The notes below the pieces were generated by a model that was not told the DNA's origin, did not search any database, and saw only the letters and a list, made by a program, of their open reading frames with translations. Of a DNA stretch of 64,000 nt, positions 36,048 to 44,594 are shown piece after piece; position 1 is the stretch's first letter, and each line of letters starts with the position of its first letter. This DNA is from Candidatus Uhrbacteria bacterium (GTDB lineage Bacteria > Patescibacteriota > Patescibacteriia > UBA9934). The position numbers and the translations under genes were made by a program. The stretch covers positions 84,936 to 148,935 of the forward strand of contig CALRCK010000001.1 in the NCBI GenBank assembly GCA_943354605.1. The letters run 5' to 3'.

Positions 36048-36371
36048 ATGAAAAATGAGAACGATGTGCTGACAGTGGGCGTGTTTAGGGAAGTATTGAA
36101 AGAGTTTGGTCTGAATATCGATCAAAAGTTCGAGGGACTGCGTGATGAGATGCGTCAGGAATTTAAGAGCGTTCGAGGTGAGATGTACCAGGGATTCGTG
36201 AATCTAAAAGATGAAATGACGCGGGAGTTCAAGAGCGTTCGAACCGAAATGGCTCAGGGATTCGAAAAAGTTCGGATCGAAATCCGAGATGATGTTATCG
36301 ACCAAAATATCCAACCTCAACTCACTAGCGCAGTGAGTCGTATTACCCGTCTTGAACGGAAAATGGCGTAG
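36048..36371 (+). CDS. small coiled-coil repeat protein
   Basis: It contains three EFKSVRxEMxQGF repeats and is 107 aa. Confidence 0.3.
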   Translation: MKNENDVLTVGVFREVLKEFGLNIDQKFEGLRDEMRQEFKSVRGEMYQGFVNLKDEMTREFKSVRTEMAQGFEKVRIEIRDDVIDQNIQPQLTSAVSRITRLERKMA

Positions 36372-36384
36372 GCAAAAGCAAGGA

Positions 36385-36455
36385 AAATAGCGAATATTAG
36401 CAAAGAATGGTTGACAAAACAGCCATTTTTGCTATTATATACACGCTATCAACCC
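36385..36455 (+). promoter_or_regulatory. sigma70-like promoter preceded by the motif AGCGAATATTAGCAAAGAA
   Basis: The promoter reads TTGACA-17 nt-TATTAT(A). The conserved upstream motif is shared with 42776-42794 and 53855-53873. Confidence 0.45.
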
Positions 36456-36498
36456 GGCAACCGCCAGTACGACGGCAACTCTCTGTTCCGGAAATCTC

Positions 36499-37035
36499 AT
36501 GGACGCGTTCCTTTCCCGTATCTCTGTCCTCATCGCCGACACCAGCCCCAAGGCCGTCGCCACCCGCGAGTACATCCTCGCGATCCTCGACGGCAAGGTA
36601 GTTATCCCCGACGGTATTGCGATGCTCATGGAGGAACTCGCGTGCGACGGCCACGTCAATCCCGAGATCGACGACATCCACTTTCCTGGAGCCGATGCGT
36701 TCGTCTCCACCGAAGGCGTCGTTCCCGTCGAGATCCCCATGGACCCGTGGACCGATTTGGATGCACCCGTGTACCTTGCCGCCATGACGCCCCCGATGCG
36801 GTCGGTCATGCCGGACAAGGGCTTGAAGTGGGCAGCGGAGAACAAGGATGTTCAGAGAAAAACCCCGCTCGTTATTCTCGGCCAGTTGTGCCGTGCTTCC
36901 AACGGGAACGTCTGTGCTCTTGTGTTGGACGGGAACAACCGCAGGCGGAGCGCATTCCTTTTCAACGTACAGGTCGGGTTCAGTCGGCACTTCCTCGTCC
37001 TCGCCGAGCCAAAGAAGAAGACGCTCGGAACCTAG
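36499..37035 (+). CDS. hypothetical protein (GC-rich block 5)
   Basis: The ORF is 178 aa. The overlapping 243-aa ORF in another frame is Arg-rich and was rejected. Confidence 0.35.
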   Translation: MDAFLSRISVLIADTSPKAVATREYILAILDGKVVIPDGIAMLMEELACDGHVNPEIDDIHFPGADAFVSTEGVVPVEIPMDPWTDLDAPVYLAAMTPPMRSVMPDKGLKWAAENKDVQRKTPLVILGQLCRASNGNVCALVLDGNNRRRSAFLFNVQVGFSRHFLVLAEPKKKTLGT

Positions 37036-37190
37036 GTCTGGTACTCGTCACACGCGCGATCGCGCCTGTCTCTCCGGAGATGGGCGCGATGTTCGTTAAA
37101 GAATATTTTGGAAAACAAAAACATTCCCGCATCGGTCGCTGATGAAACTCCTCCAGGATTTTCACCAACACCGTACGGGAATGTTTTTTG

Positions 37191-37307
37191 AAACTAGGCG
37201 CGAGCCTTCTTTGCAGCCTTGCGCTTTGCAGGTGCGCGCTTCTTTGCAGCCTTGCGCTTTGCTGGGGCCTTCTTCGCAACCTTTCGTGCCTTCTTCTTCA
37301 TTGCCAT
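37191..37307 (-). CDS. small basic Ala/Lys-repeat protein (histone H1/Hc1-like composition), 38 aa
   Basis: Translated by hand it reads MAMKKKARKVAKKAPAKRKAAKKRAPAKRKAAKKARA. It is below the ORF-track length cutoff. A terminator hairpin AAAACATTCCCG…CGGGAATGTTTTTT lies at 37127-37189. Confidence 0.35.
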
Positions 37308-37461
37308 AAAAGTATGACATTAGTTATTGGCGCACGAAATAAATATCGTGGCCAGTGTCATCACGAAGAAATCTTCATGACGCTACCTGAAGTATAGCAG
37401 TGAAAATGCACAGAAAAAAGATTTTTGTGAAAAAGTGTGCAAGTTATACACAGTTGAATTG

Positions 37462-38841
37462 TTAATCAACGACATTCACCGGCGTGCCAACATCGGTCCA
37501 GTTGTAAATCCATTCTGAATTTGTTGCGTTCATGTTGATGCATCCATGACTCATCGGATGACCAAAATTGTTGTGCCAATACGCCCAGTGAATATAAATG
37601 TGATCGTAGATTTGTAAATTCCATTTCACGTGTGGAACATTGTAGTTGTTTGGATTGCCAATGCCCCAAATCCATTTGTAATCGTGATAGAGAAGCTTTA
37701 CGCGCACTGAAGTTTTTCCAACTGGAGTGTAAAAACCTTTCTTCGCTGTTGAAACAAGAAACGTGTGAACAGGAATTCCGTATTCGTAACTCGTTAATCG
37801 TTGCTGTGATTTATCGACGTGAATCGACTTTGCCGATACGTCATCATTCATGTGCGGAGCAGTGTTTGCGACAACAATACCAGTAGTTTTCGCATCATCG
37901 ACGATTGGTGATGCGACGAGTGCATCAGTACTGTCGGATGCGTATGGCGCGATCGATTGTGTCTCTGTTCCAGATGCATTCATGAAAACGATCTTCGGCG
38001 ATTGATATCCTTCGGTAACGTATCCTACGTCTCCATCGACAACGATCGGCGATGCAAGAATATGTGTTTGCGTTGCATCAACATCTGACGACGCGACGTC
38101 GAGCGCTGAGGTTGCGTTGTTGAACTTGAGAACGGTGATGGTGGAGACGTTTTGGTATGTCATTGGTGACGCGACGATCTCATCGACGCCATCACTGTCC
38201 ACGTCGCCCACAACAACACGTATCCCCGTGTTACTCAACGCGCTTCCAAGAAATGTTTCCGCGATTTTTTCTCCGCGTGCATTAAAGACGATGATGTCTG
38301 GGCCACCGCCAGCATTGGCGCCAACAACGATGTCGCCGATGCCGTCACCAGTAACATCGCCGCATGCAACATTTACTCCACCAAGGAAGGATTCATTGAA
38401 TGCAAAAAATCCTGGATTTTTCACGTTGCCCATCGCGTCAAAAATTCGAACATGCGGTCCGCCATACCATGCCGCCGCTGTGATGATTTCTGTTCGCCTG
38501 TCTCCATCAACGTCACACGCGGCAACATTCACGCCGCCACGATAACCGTTGTCGTATGCAGGGAACGATCCGATGAATGATCCATCTTGCCGAAACACGG
38601 AAACCGTTGGATCAGCATCTTCTCCTGATCCGACGAGAATTTCGCTTGTTCCATCTGTTCCAAGATCGGCGCTTGCGACGCTTTGAATCAGTGCATTTGG
38701 GTCTGCGTATGGGGTAAAGATTGTGACGATATTCCCATCGGCATCAAGAATGCGAACGTCAGGCTGTGAGGCTGCCATACACAACATCGGAGCGAAGAGC
38801 GCAATCGCTGACGATAAAAGGATGGACTTGATCCTGAGCAT
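37462..38841 (-). CDS. secreted FG-GAP/VCBS-repeat protein fused to a C-terminal L,D-transpeptidase (YkuD) catalytic domain
   Basis: It has a signal peptide, then repeated GDVDGDGxxEI and GDVTGDGIGDIVVG units. The C-terminus carries HGCINM, which is the L,D-transpeptidase active-site motif. Confidence 0.6.
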   Translation of the reverse strand: MLRIKSILLSSAIALFAPMLCMAASQPDVRILDADGNIVTIFTPYADPNALIQSVASADLGTDGTSEILVGSGEDADPTVSVFRQDGSFIGSFPAYDNGYRGGVNVAACDVDGDRRTEIITAAAWYGGPHVRIFDAMGNVKNPGFFAFNESFLGGVNVACGDVTGDGIGDIVVGANAGGGPDIIVFNARGEKIAETFLGSALSNTGIRVVVGDVDSDGVDEIVASPMTYQNVSTITVLKFNNATSALDVASSDVDATQTHILASPIVVDGDVGYVTEGYQSPKIVFMNASGTETQSIAPYASDSTDALVASPIVDDAKTTGIVVANTAPHMNDDVSAKSIHVDKSQQRLTSYEYGIPVHTFLVSTAKKGFYTPVGKTSVRVKLLYHDYKWIWGIGNPNNYNVPHVKWNLQIYDHIYIHWAYWHNNFGHPMSHGCINMNATNSEWIYNWTDVGTPVNVVD

Positions 38842-38877
38842 AGATACACGTAGTATACTGCCTTCCGCTCATCGTTT

Positions 38878-39697
38878 TATGAAACTTTCTCGTCGCTTTC
38901 CATTTTTGCACGTTGTGAGTATTTGGCGTTTTCGGATACTCCGCTGGTTTCAGTGGATATTTCTTCGGCGCTTGGCTACGGTGCGCCGCGCACAAGTATT
39001 GCCATTCAAGGTTGCATCGCACGAATCGATCCTTCTTCGAAAGCTCGGCGATGCCGACATGCGCTTGCAGCATAATAAAGTAACGAATCTGAAACTTGCA
39101 TGTTCGCGGATGGACGGCGTGATCATTCGTCCTGGAGAGACATTCTCATTTTGGAGACTCGTGGGCTGGCCGACGGCGCGAAAGGGGTATGTGACCGGAA
39201 TGTTGCTATCAAATGGAAGGGTTCAAGAGGGGATTGGCGGTGGATTGTGTCAGTCGGCAAACTTATTGTATTGGATGGCGTTGCATTCTCCGCTTGTTGT
39301 GCGGGAGCGTCATCGCCACAGCTACGATATCTTCCCGGACTCCGGTCGTGTGCTGCCATTCGGAACGGGTGCTGCTGTGTATTACAACTATGTGGATCTT
39401 CAGTTTTATAATCCAACGGACATTACGTTTCAGATCGTTATCGGCGTGAACGAGACGCATCTCCGTGGTGAGATTCGATCTGATGTGATGACCCCGATCT
39501 CGTACAAGATTCTGGAACGCGACCATCGGTTCCTTCGTTCGAAGAAGATAGGAAAAGTGTTTCGTGAAAACGCTATTTTCCGCCAGTCCTTCGATAAGCG
39601 GACGGGAAACATGCTTTCCGATGAACTGTTGTATCGGAACCACTGTGAAACGCTCTACGACTTGCCGCGATCGGTTCCAGCAGAGGTCATCGATTGA
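38878..39697 (+). CDS. VanW-family protein
   Basis: It carries GETFSFWRLVG and GGGLCQSANLLYWMA, which are VanW signature blocks. The start was chosen downstream of the overlap with the L,D-transpeptidase gene. Confidence 0.65.
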
Positions 39698-39749
39698 CCT
39701 CTTTTGGAGACTTTGGTATTATTTTGGTCGTTCAGGATGGTCTGTTTCA

Positions 39750-39825
39750 GGGCCAATAGCTCAGTTGGTAGAGCATCTGCTTTGCAAGCAGAGGGTCCAG
39801 GGTTCGAGTCCCTGTTGGTCCACCA
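39750..39825 (+). tRNA. tRNA-Ala (anticodon TGC)
   Basis: GGGCCAATAGCTCAGTTGGTAGAGCATCTGCTTTGCAAGCAGAGGGTCCAGGGTTCGAGTCCCTGTTGGTCCACCA. The G3:U70 identity pair is present. Confidence 0.85.
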
Positions 39826-39826
39826 T

Positions 39827-39854
39827 AAAACACCGTCGATTCCGACGGTGTTTT
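39827..39854. terminator. bidirectional terminator
   Basis: AAAACACCGTCGATTCCGACGGTGTTTT. Confidence 0.6.
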
Positions 39855-39861
39855 ATATTCC

Positions 39862-40854
39862 TTACTTCACCGCATTCTCCGGCGTTTCTCCGGCCAAGAA
39901 TTCTTCAATATTTTTGACCACCTGTTTGCTCATAGCCATTCGAGTGGTGAGGGTGGCGCTTGCGGTATGTGGGGTGAGGACGACGTTTTGGAGCTTGCGG
40001 AGGCGGTCCGCAATTGCCGGATCGGCGGCGATATTCGGCTCGCCTTCGAACACGTCCAGCCCGGCGCCGCCGAGTTTTCCGTGTTCGAGTGCGTCGACGA
40101 GTGCGGTTTCATCGACAATCGGGCCTCGGGCGGTGTTGATGAGGAACGCGGTCGGTTTCATCATCGCGAGTGCTGCACGATCGATGAGATGTGTGGTTGA
40201 TGGCAAAAGGGGGACGTGGAGGCTGACGATGTCGGCTTCTTGAAGCAACGATTCCTTCGATCGGAACTCGGCACCAAAGTCACTCTCGAACTTCGGATTC
40301 GGTTTCAGGTCGTTATACAGAATTCGTAAGCCGAATCCATCCTTCATCCGTTTCGCAATGCCGGATCCAATCGCACCGCCACCGATAATTCCGAGCGTTT
40401 TGCCGGCGATGTCGGTGCCAAGAAGAAGCTCTGGGCCCCAGCCGTGATATTTTCCTTCGCGAGTGTAGCGATCCGTTTCTACAATACGATGAGCGAGCGC
40501 AAAAATGAGCGCGATGGCGTGTTCGGCAACAGATTCGTTAATTTCCGGCGTTGGAGCATTCGTGACGATAATTCCGCGTTTCTTTGCCTCGGCAACGTCC
40601 ACATTATCGAATCCAACAGCGTAGTTCGCGACCATTTTTAGTTGTGGGCCAGCGGCATCGAAGAGCTCGGTGTCGATCTTGTCGGTAAGAATCGAAACGA
40701 GAATATCGACTCCTGCAACGCGCTTGAGGAGCTCGTCTCGCGGGATAATTCGATCTTCAGTATACGAATCGACCTCAACGTTCGGCATTGATCGGAGTAG
40801 TTCGATGCCGGGCGAGGGGATATGGCGGGTAACAAAAATTCGAGTCATAAGCAT
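39862..40854 (-). CDS. D-isomer-specific 2-hydroxyacid dehydrogenase (glyoxylate/hydroxypyruvate reductase-like)
   Basis: It has the NAD-binding motif GKTLGIIGGGAIGSGIAKR and conserved catalytic-domain blocks. It is 330 aa. Confidence 0.8.
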   Translation of the reverse strand: MLMTRIFVTRHIPSPGIELLRSMPNVEVDSYTEDRIIPRDELLKRVAGVDILVSILTDKIDTELFDAAGPQLKMVANYAVGFDNVDVAEAKKRGIIVTNAPTPEINESVAEHAIALIFALAHRIVETDRYTREGKYHGWGPELLLGTDIAGKTLGIIGGGAIGSGIAKRMKDGFGLRILYNDLKPNPKFESDFGAEFRSKESLLQEADIVSLHVPLLPSTTHLIDRAALAMMKPTAFLINTARGPIVDETALVDALEHGKLGGAGLDVFEGEPNIAADPAIADRLRKLQNVVLTPHTASATLTTRMAMSKQVVKNIEEFLAGETPENAVK

Positions 40855-40945
40855 TCGGAAGGCTAACTTAGTTTGTTACGAACTAAGTTCGTACACTAGA
40901 TCTGAATTGTCGCGTCGGTCGATGCTCCTCGCAACGACAGATTCA

Positions 40946-41743
40946 TTACTTGATCGACGACCAATCCAGAGATGAAAGGAGAGTATTCCATTCACTGTCG
41001 GTAACGTTGCTTTGCCGTAAAAGTTCAACAACGTTGGTTTGCGTGTGGTATTGGAGGAGTGTGAATGGCCCCGAGAACTCATCGATTCCGCCAGGGTCGA
41101 AAGAGCCTGTAACGGTGACTAATGTTCCTGCGCCTTTTGTAACACTTGTTACCGTAACATTGCTGAGTTGGAGATTTTTCGCGAGATTTGCTTTGATCGT
41201 TGTTTCATCCGTCGATCCCAACGGATATCGCGGCGCAACGGTCGTCTCAACAATGCCAAGGTTCGCAATGACGTCTCCAGCCATTGAGAATTGAGAGGGG
41301 AAGCCTACACCACCGCACTCGTTGCAGTTCATATAGATCCCTGTTGTTCCTGCGAAAGTTGCCCGTGGTCGAACTGGATCTTTTGCATTGTTTTCGAAGC
41401 CGCTCCCGGTCCAGTTGATCGGTAATGTCAGCGAAGGGAGATAGTCGCCACCAGAGTAAGAGAGCCCTTTGCTCGTTTCCGTTGTTGCTGCCACAGGGGT
41501 CGTCGCAGGCTCTGCACTACACGCTTCCGAAATTCGGGTCAGGTTTGTGGTGATGCCGTTGATCGTGCCGTTTTGGCAGGCGGCGGAAAGGTCGGTAGCA
41601 GAAAGGGTGTTGTCCGATCCTTTTGTGAGCAAAATTCCTACAATTACGATTGAAAACACCGCAATCCACGTGAGTAAAATGAGCATCCAGGTGTGGACTT
41701 TGCTGGTTGGTGTGTGATTTATGTCTGGACTCATTGGTTCCAT
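40946..41743 (-). CDS. membrane-anchored extracellular hypothetical protein
   Basis: It has an N-terminal TM (WMLILLTWIAVFSIVIVGILL) and a Thr/Ser/Asn-rich ectodomain. Confidence 0.35.
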   Translation of the reverse strand: MEPMSPDINHTPTSKVHTWMLILLTWIAVFSIVIVGILLTKGSDNTLSATDLSAACQNGTINGITTNLTRISEACSAEPATTPVAATTETSKGLSYSGGDYLPSLTLPINWTGSGFENNAKDPVRPRATFAGTTGIYMNCNECGGVGFPSQFSMAGDVIANLGIVETTVAPRYPLGSTDETTIKANLAKNLQLSNVTVTSVTKGAGTLVTVTGSFDPGGIDEFSGPFTLLQYHTQTNVVELLRQSNVTDSEWNTLLSSLDWSSIK

Positions 41744-41755
41744 ACAATACAGAGA

Positions 41756-42790
41756 TTACACTTTGCGAATACGATACGCCGCGAGGTCGGATTCCTTCGG
41801 CCATGCGCGAAGTATACCAGCCTTGGCGCCAATATGTTGCACGACACTTTCACCATTCATCGTGCCCAGGCGCAGCGCGTCTTCGATGCTGAGGTTGTTC
41901 GCGATGGCCGCCGTGAATGCTGAACCGAATGCATCGCCAGCACCAGTACTGGAGATTGATGTCGCGCCACTCGTTCGGCAATGCCAGGTGGATTTGTCCT
42001 TTCGTGCCCATGCGCCGTTTTGGCCATCGGTAATGACGACGATTTGTCCGGGCAACGCAAGAAGTTCGCATTGAACCTTTGGATCGTTCGACGATTTGCC
42101 CGTAAGAAGTTGTGCCTCCTCCAAATTCACAATAAGAATCGCGACGAGTTTGCGGATGGGATCGAGTCCGCGGCCGCTTTTCAACTCCTGTCCGCCCGGG
42201 TTCCACGCGAGTATCGACTTTTTTCGCTCGCAGGTTTTGGCAATACTGAGCGCAAGCGCGACGTTGCCGGCCAGCGATGTGAGGTACACCACATCTGCGG
42301 TGATTTTGGAAAGTTTAATATCCTTTTCCGTAAAGTTTGCACTCGCGCCACGAAAAACCAGCGCGGTTCGCTCACCACCTTCTGCGGTAAGAAGCGTGCT
42401 GTACGCGGTCATTTCCTTTTTTGCGATGGAGACGAGAGTGGTGTTGATGGTGCGGCTGGCGAGATCGGCCAGAATTTCCCGTCCGTTTGTGTCGTCGCCA
42501 ATACGCGACATGAGGCTCGTGGCAAACCCAAGATTCGCAAACGTTGCCGCGGCATTTGTTGCGCCTCCTCCGGTTGCAATCGTCAGACCATCGACATCGA
42601 TTTTCGCTCCCAGCGTGATGCACTCCGCCATCACCCCCGGGCTTCCCGGCATTGGCATCACCTTGAACAGTTTTGAAAACAAAAACACATCGCGTGTTGC
42701 AGAGCCAATGGTGAGGACGGTGGGGAGGGGCATAGATGCGTAAAGTATATCAGCTCCAGAAAATGAAAGAACTTTGCGAATATTAGCCAA
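41756..42790 (-). CDS. PfkB-family carbohydrate kinase (ribokinase-like)
   Basis: It carries GGGATNAA, TGAGDAF and GAGDAFGSAF-type motifs. Confidence 0.7.
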   Translation of the reverse strand: MANIRKVLSFSGADILYASMPLPTVLTIGSATRDVFLFSKLFKVMPMPGSPGVMAECITLGAKIDVDGLTIATGGGATNAAATFANLGFATSLMSRIGDDTNGREILADLASRTINTTLVSIAKKEMTAYSTLLTAEGGERTALVFRGASANFTEKDIKLSKITADVVYLTSLAGNVALALSIAKTCERKKSILAWNPGGQELKSGRGLDPIRKLVAILIVNLEEAQLLTGKSSNDPKVQCELLALPGQIVVITDGQNGAWARKDKSTWHCRTSGATSISSTGAGDAFGSAFTAAIANNLSIEDALRLGTMNGESVVQHIGAKAGILRAWPKESDLAAYRIRKV

Positions 42791-42845
42791 GAAGTATTGA
42801 CTTCTTTAGTGTTTTTTGCTTATACTTATTGTGCATGGAGTACCG
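42770..42845 (+). promoter_or_regulatory. sigma70-like promoter preceded by the motif GCGAATATTAGCCAAGAA
   Basis: The promoter reads TTGACT-18 nt-TATACT. The motif sits 2 nt upstream of the -35 box. Confidence 0.45.
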
Positions 42846-42901
42846 GAATTCTCCGGAACTTCAGGGCAAACGGCACGGCGTTCCGTGCATTCTGACGTTC
42901 G

Positions 42902-43663
42902 ATGGACCAAAATACGGGTTCGCTCGTATCAGGATATCGACTGTCGGAGGTTCCTATGTCTGCGCTCTTCAACCTTGGGCACATCGCCAAACTCCACGAA
43001 ATTCAGAAGGCTCACCTCAAGGCTGGCCTGCCCGGCATCGGCCGGGAGGTGGAGGAGCTCATCTCTCGCCTGGAAAACGGCGGCGTTGGAAAGAGCGCTG
43101 GTGACCCGCGGATCGCTCAGGCCAAGAAGCTCTGGGACCTCGGCTTCGGCCGGGAGCTCAAGATGAACTCCTTCCACGCTTACTTCGCGACCATCCCGGA
43201 GATTCCCAAAAGCCTCGTGGCGGACAATCCTGTGCTTCCGCTCCTCGTGCTCGTCGATCCGCGCCTGGGCCACACGCGCTCGTGCCGCTTGGATGGGCTG
43301 AGGTTCGCCGAATACGGCTGGGACGACACGTCCCTCGTGCCGTTCGACGACCGTCACGTCATGCCCTCCGCGCCGTACTGGGTTCGCGCCCACGACGGAA
43401 GCCCCAACCTCGGAAAGAAGCCGAGCGACTGTCGTGCTAAGTGCACCGGTAAGCTCTATGCAGGAACGGCCGACGTGGGTATCGCGATCTGGATCCAGCA
43501 CGGCAAATGCAATCACGTGATGGACCTTCCCGGTTCCGTTCACATCTCCAACCGTGAGAGCTGCGCGTGCCTCGGTGTGTGGCGCGGCGGGCTGGAGCTG
43601 GGCGCGTCCAGGCACGATGTGACGAATACGCTTTTCGGCTCCGTTGTCTTCGTCCGGGAGTGA
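42902..43663 (+). CDS. hypothetical protein (GC-rich block 6)
   Basis: The ORF is 253 aa with an alternative start at MSALFNLGHIAK. No domain recognised. Confidence 0.35.
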   Translation: MDQNTGSLVSGYRLSEVPMSALFNLGHIAKLHEIQKAHLKAGLPGIGREVEELISRLENGGVGKSAGDPRIAQAKKLWDLGFGRELKMNSFHAYFATIPEIPKSLVADNPVLPLLVLVDPRLGHTRSCRLDGLRFAEYGWDDTSLVPFDDRHVMPSAPYWVRAHDGSPNLGKKPSDCRAKCTGKLYAGTADVGIAIWIQHGKCNHVMDLPGSVHISNRESCACLGVWRGGLELGASRHDVTNTLFGSVVFVRE

Positions 43664-43763
43664 CGACGCTCGGTACTTGAGCCTTGGCACTACGCGTGTC
43701 TCGACTCTCAATCACGATCCCCATCGGCGCAAGCTGGCGGGGATTCGTCGTATAGGAAGAACG

Positions 43764-44594
43764 TTATTTCTTCTGAGATTTTTTCCAAAGCCTCACGTAA
43801 TGAATATAGTTTTTCGCAATCGCGTTGACGGCTTGGACTTTGGTGAACTTCTTTTCCGCATACTTTTTGATCGGTTCAAAGAAGATGGTTCTGCCGATGG
43901 CGAATCCATCCACCACGCCGCTTTTTGCTGCGGTCACGACCCAGGAATCTACTTCTTTCATTGATGCCCCGTGTCCAAGAAGAATCATTGGCGCTTGAGC
44001 GATCGGCGCGAGTTTTTTCCAGTCTTTCATCGTTGGCAACATTTCCAGCTTCCAGACGGTTGGATGAACGCCATGTTTTTGCATGTCTTTCAGCGCGATG
44101 GTTGCGCGTTTGAGGGGAGAAGCCTTCCCGTGAATCAGCGGTTCGAGCATGAGAGGGATGCCTTCTTCGATGCAGAAATGGGAGAGCTCTTGAAGTTTTT
44201 CCATTTTTTCCTCGTTCAGTTCCTTGTCGCCAAGGTTGTAATTGACGAGGGCTTTCGCGAATGTTGGGTCTCGTTTGACTAGCGCTCGACCAAAGCCTCG
44301 GCCGTGAATAAATTGAAATGTTGCGCCACCACTTTTTTCTGTGGAAACAATGTGGGTAATGCCAAGCTTCTTTGCTTTTGCCAAAATCGCTTCACCAAAT
44401 TCCTCGTCCACAAGAATGCCGCAGTCGCCGTCGTCTTGGACGTCTTTGTACGCCTTCAAAAACCCGTCGAAGATGATGGACTTCAGTGTGAGAATTTTTT
44501 TCGCAATGGTGGGATTTGGGGGGTAGGGAACATTGAACAGCTCGTGGGTGAGCCCACTGCGGTGATCGAACGGAAGAATAAACAGGGGTTTCAT
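43764..44594 (-). CDS. DUF2090-like aldolase-fold protein (resembles the C-terminal domain of IolC-type 5-dehydro-2-deoxygluconokinases)
   Basis: Its N-terminus is MKPLFILPFDHRSGL. It is translationally coupled (ATGA) to the upstream PfkB kinase. The family call is from memory of IolC architecture. Confidence 0.4.
   Translation of the reverse strand: MKPLFILPFDHRSGLTHELFNVPYPPNPTIAKKILTLKSIIFDGFLKAYKDVQDDGDCGILVDEEFGEAILAKAKKLGITHIVSTEKSGGATFQFIHGRGFGRALVKRDPTFAKALVNYNLGDKELNEEKMEKLQELSHFCIEEGIPLMLEPLIHGKASPLKRATIALKDMQKHGVHPTVWKLEMLPTMKDWKKLAPIAQAPMILLGHGASMKEVDSWVVTAAKSGVVDGFAIGRTIFFEPIKKYAEKKFTKVQAVNAIAKNYIHYVRLWKKSQKK

Noticed and set aside
36411-37142. 243-aa ORF 36411..37142 (+) and ORF 36397..36990 (-)
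   Set aside because: These are Arg/Gly/Pro-rich alternative frames of GC-rich block 5. The 36499..37035 frame has balanced composition and a matching promoter.
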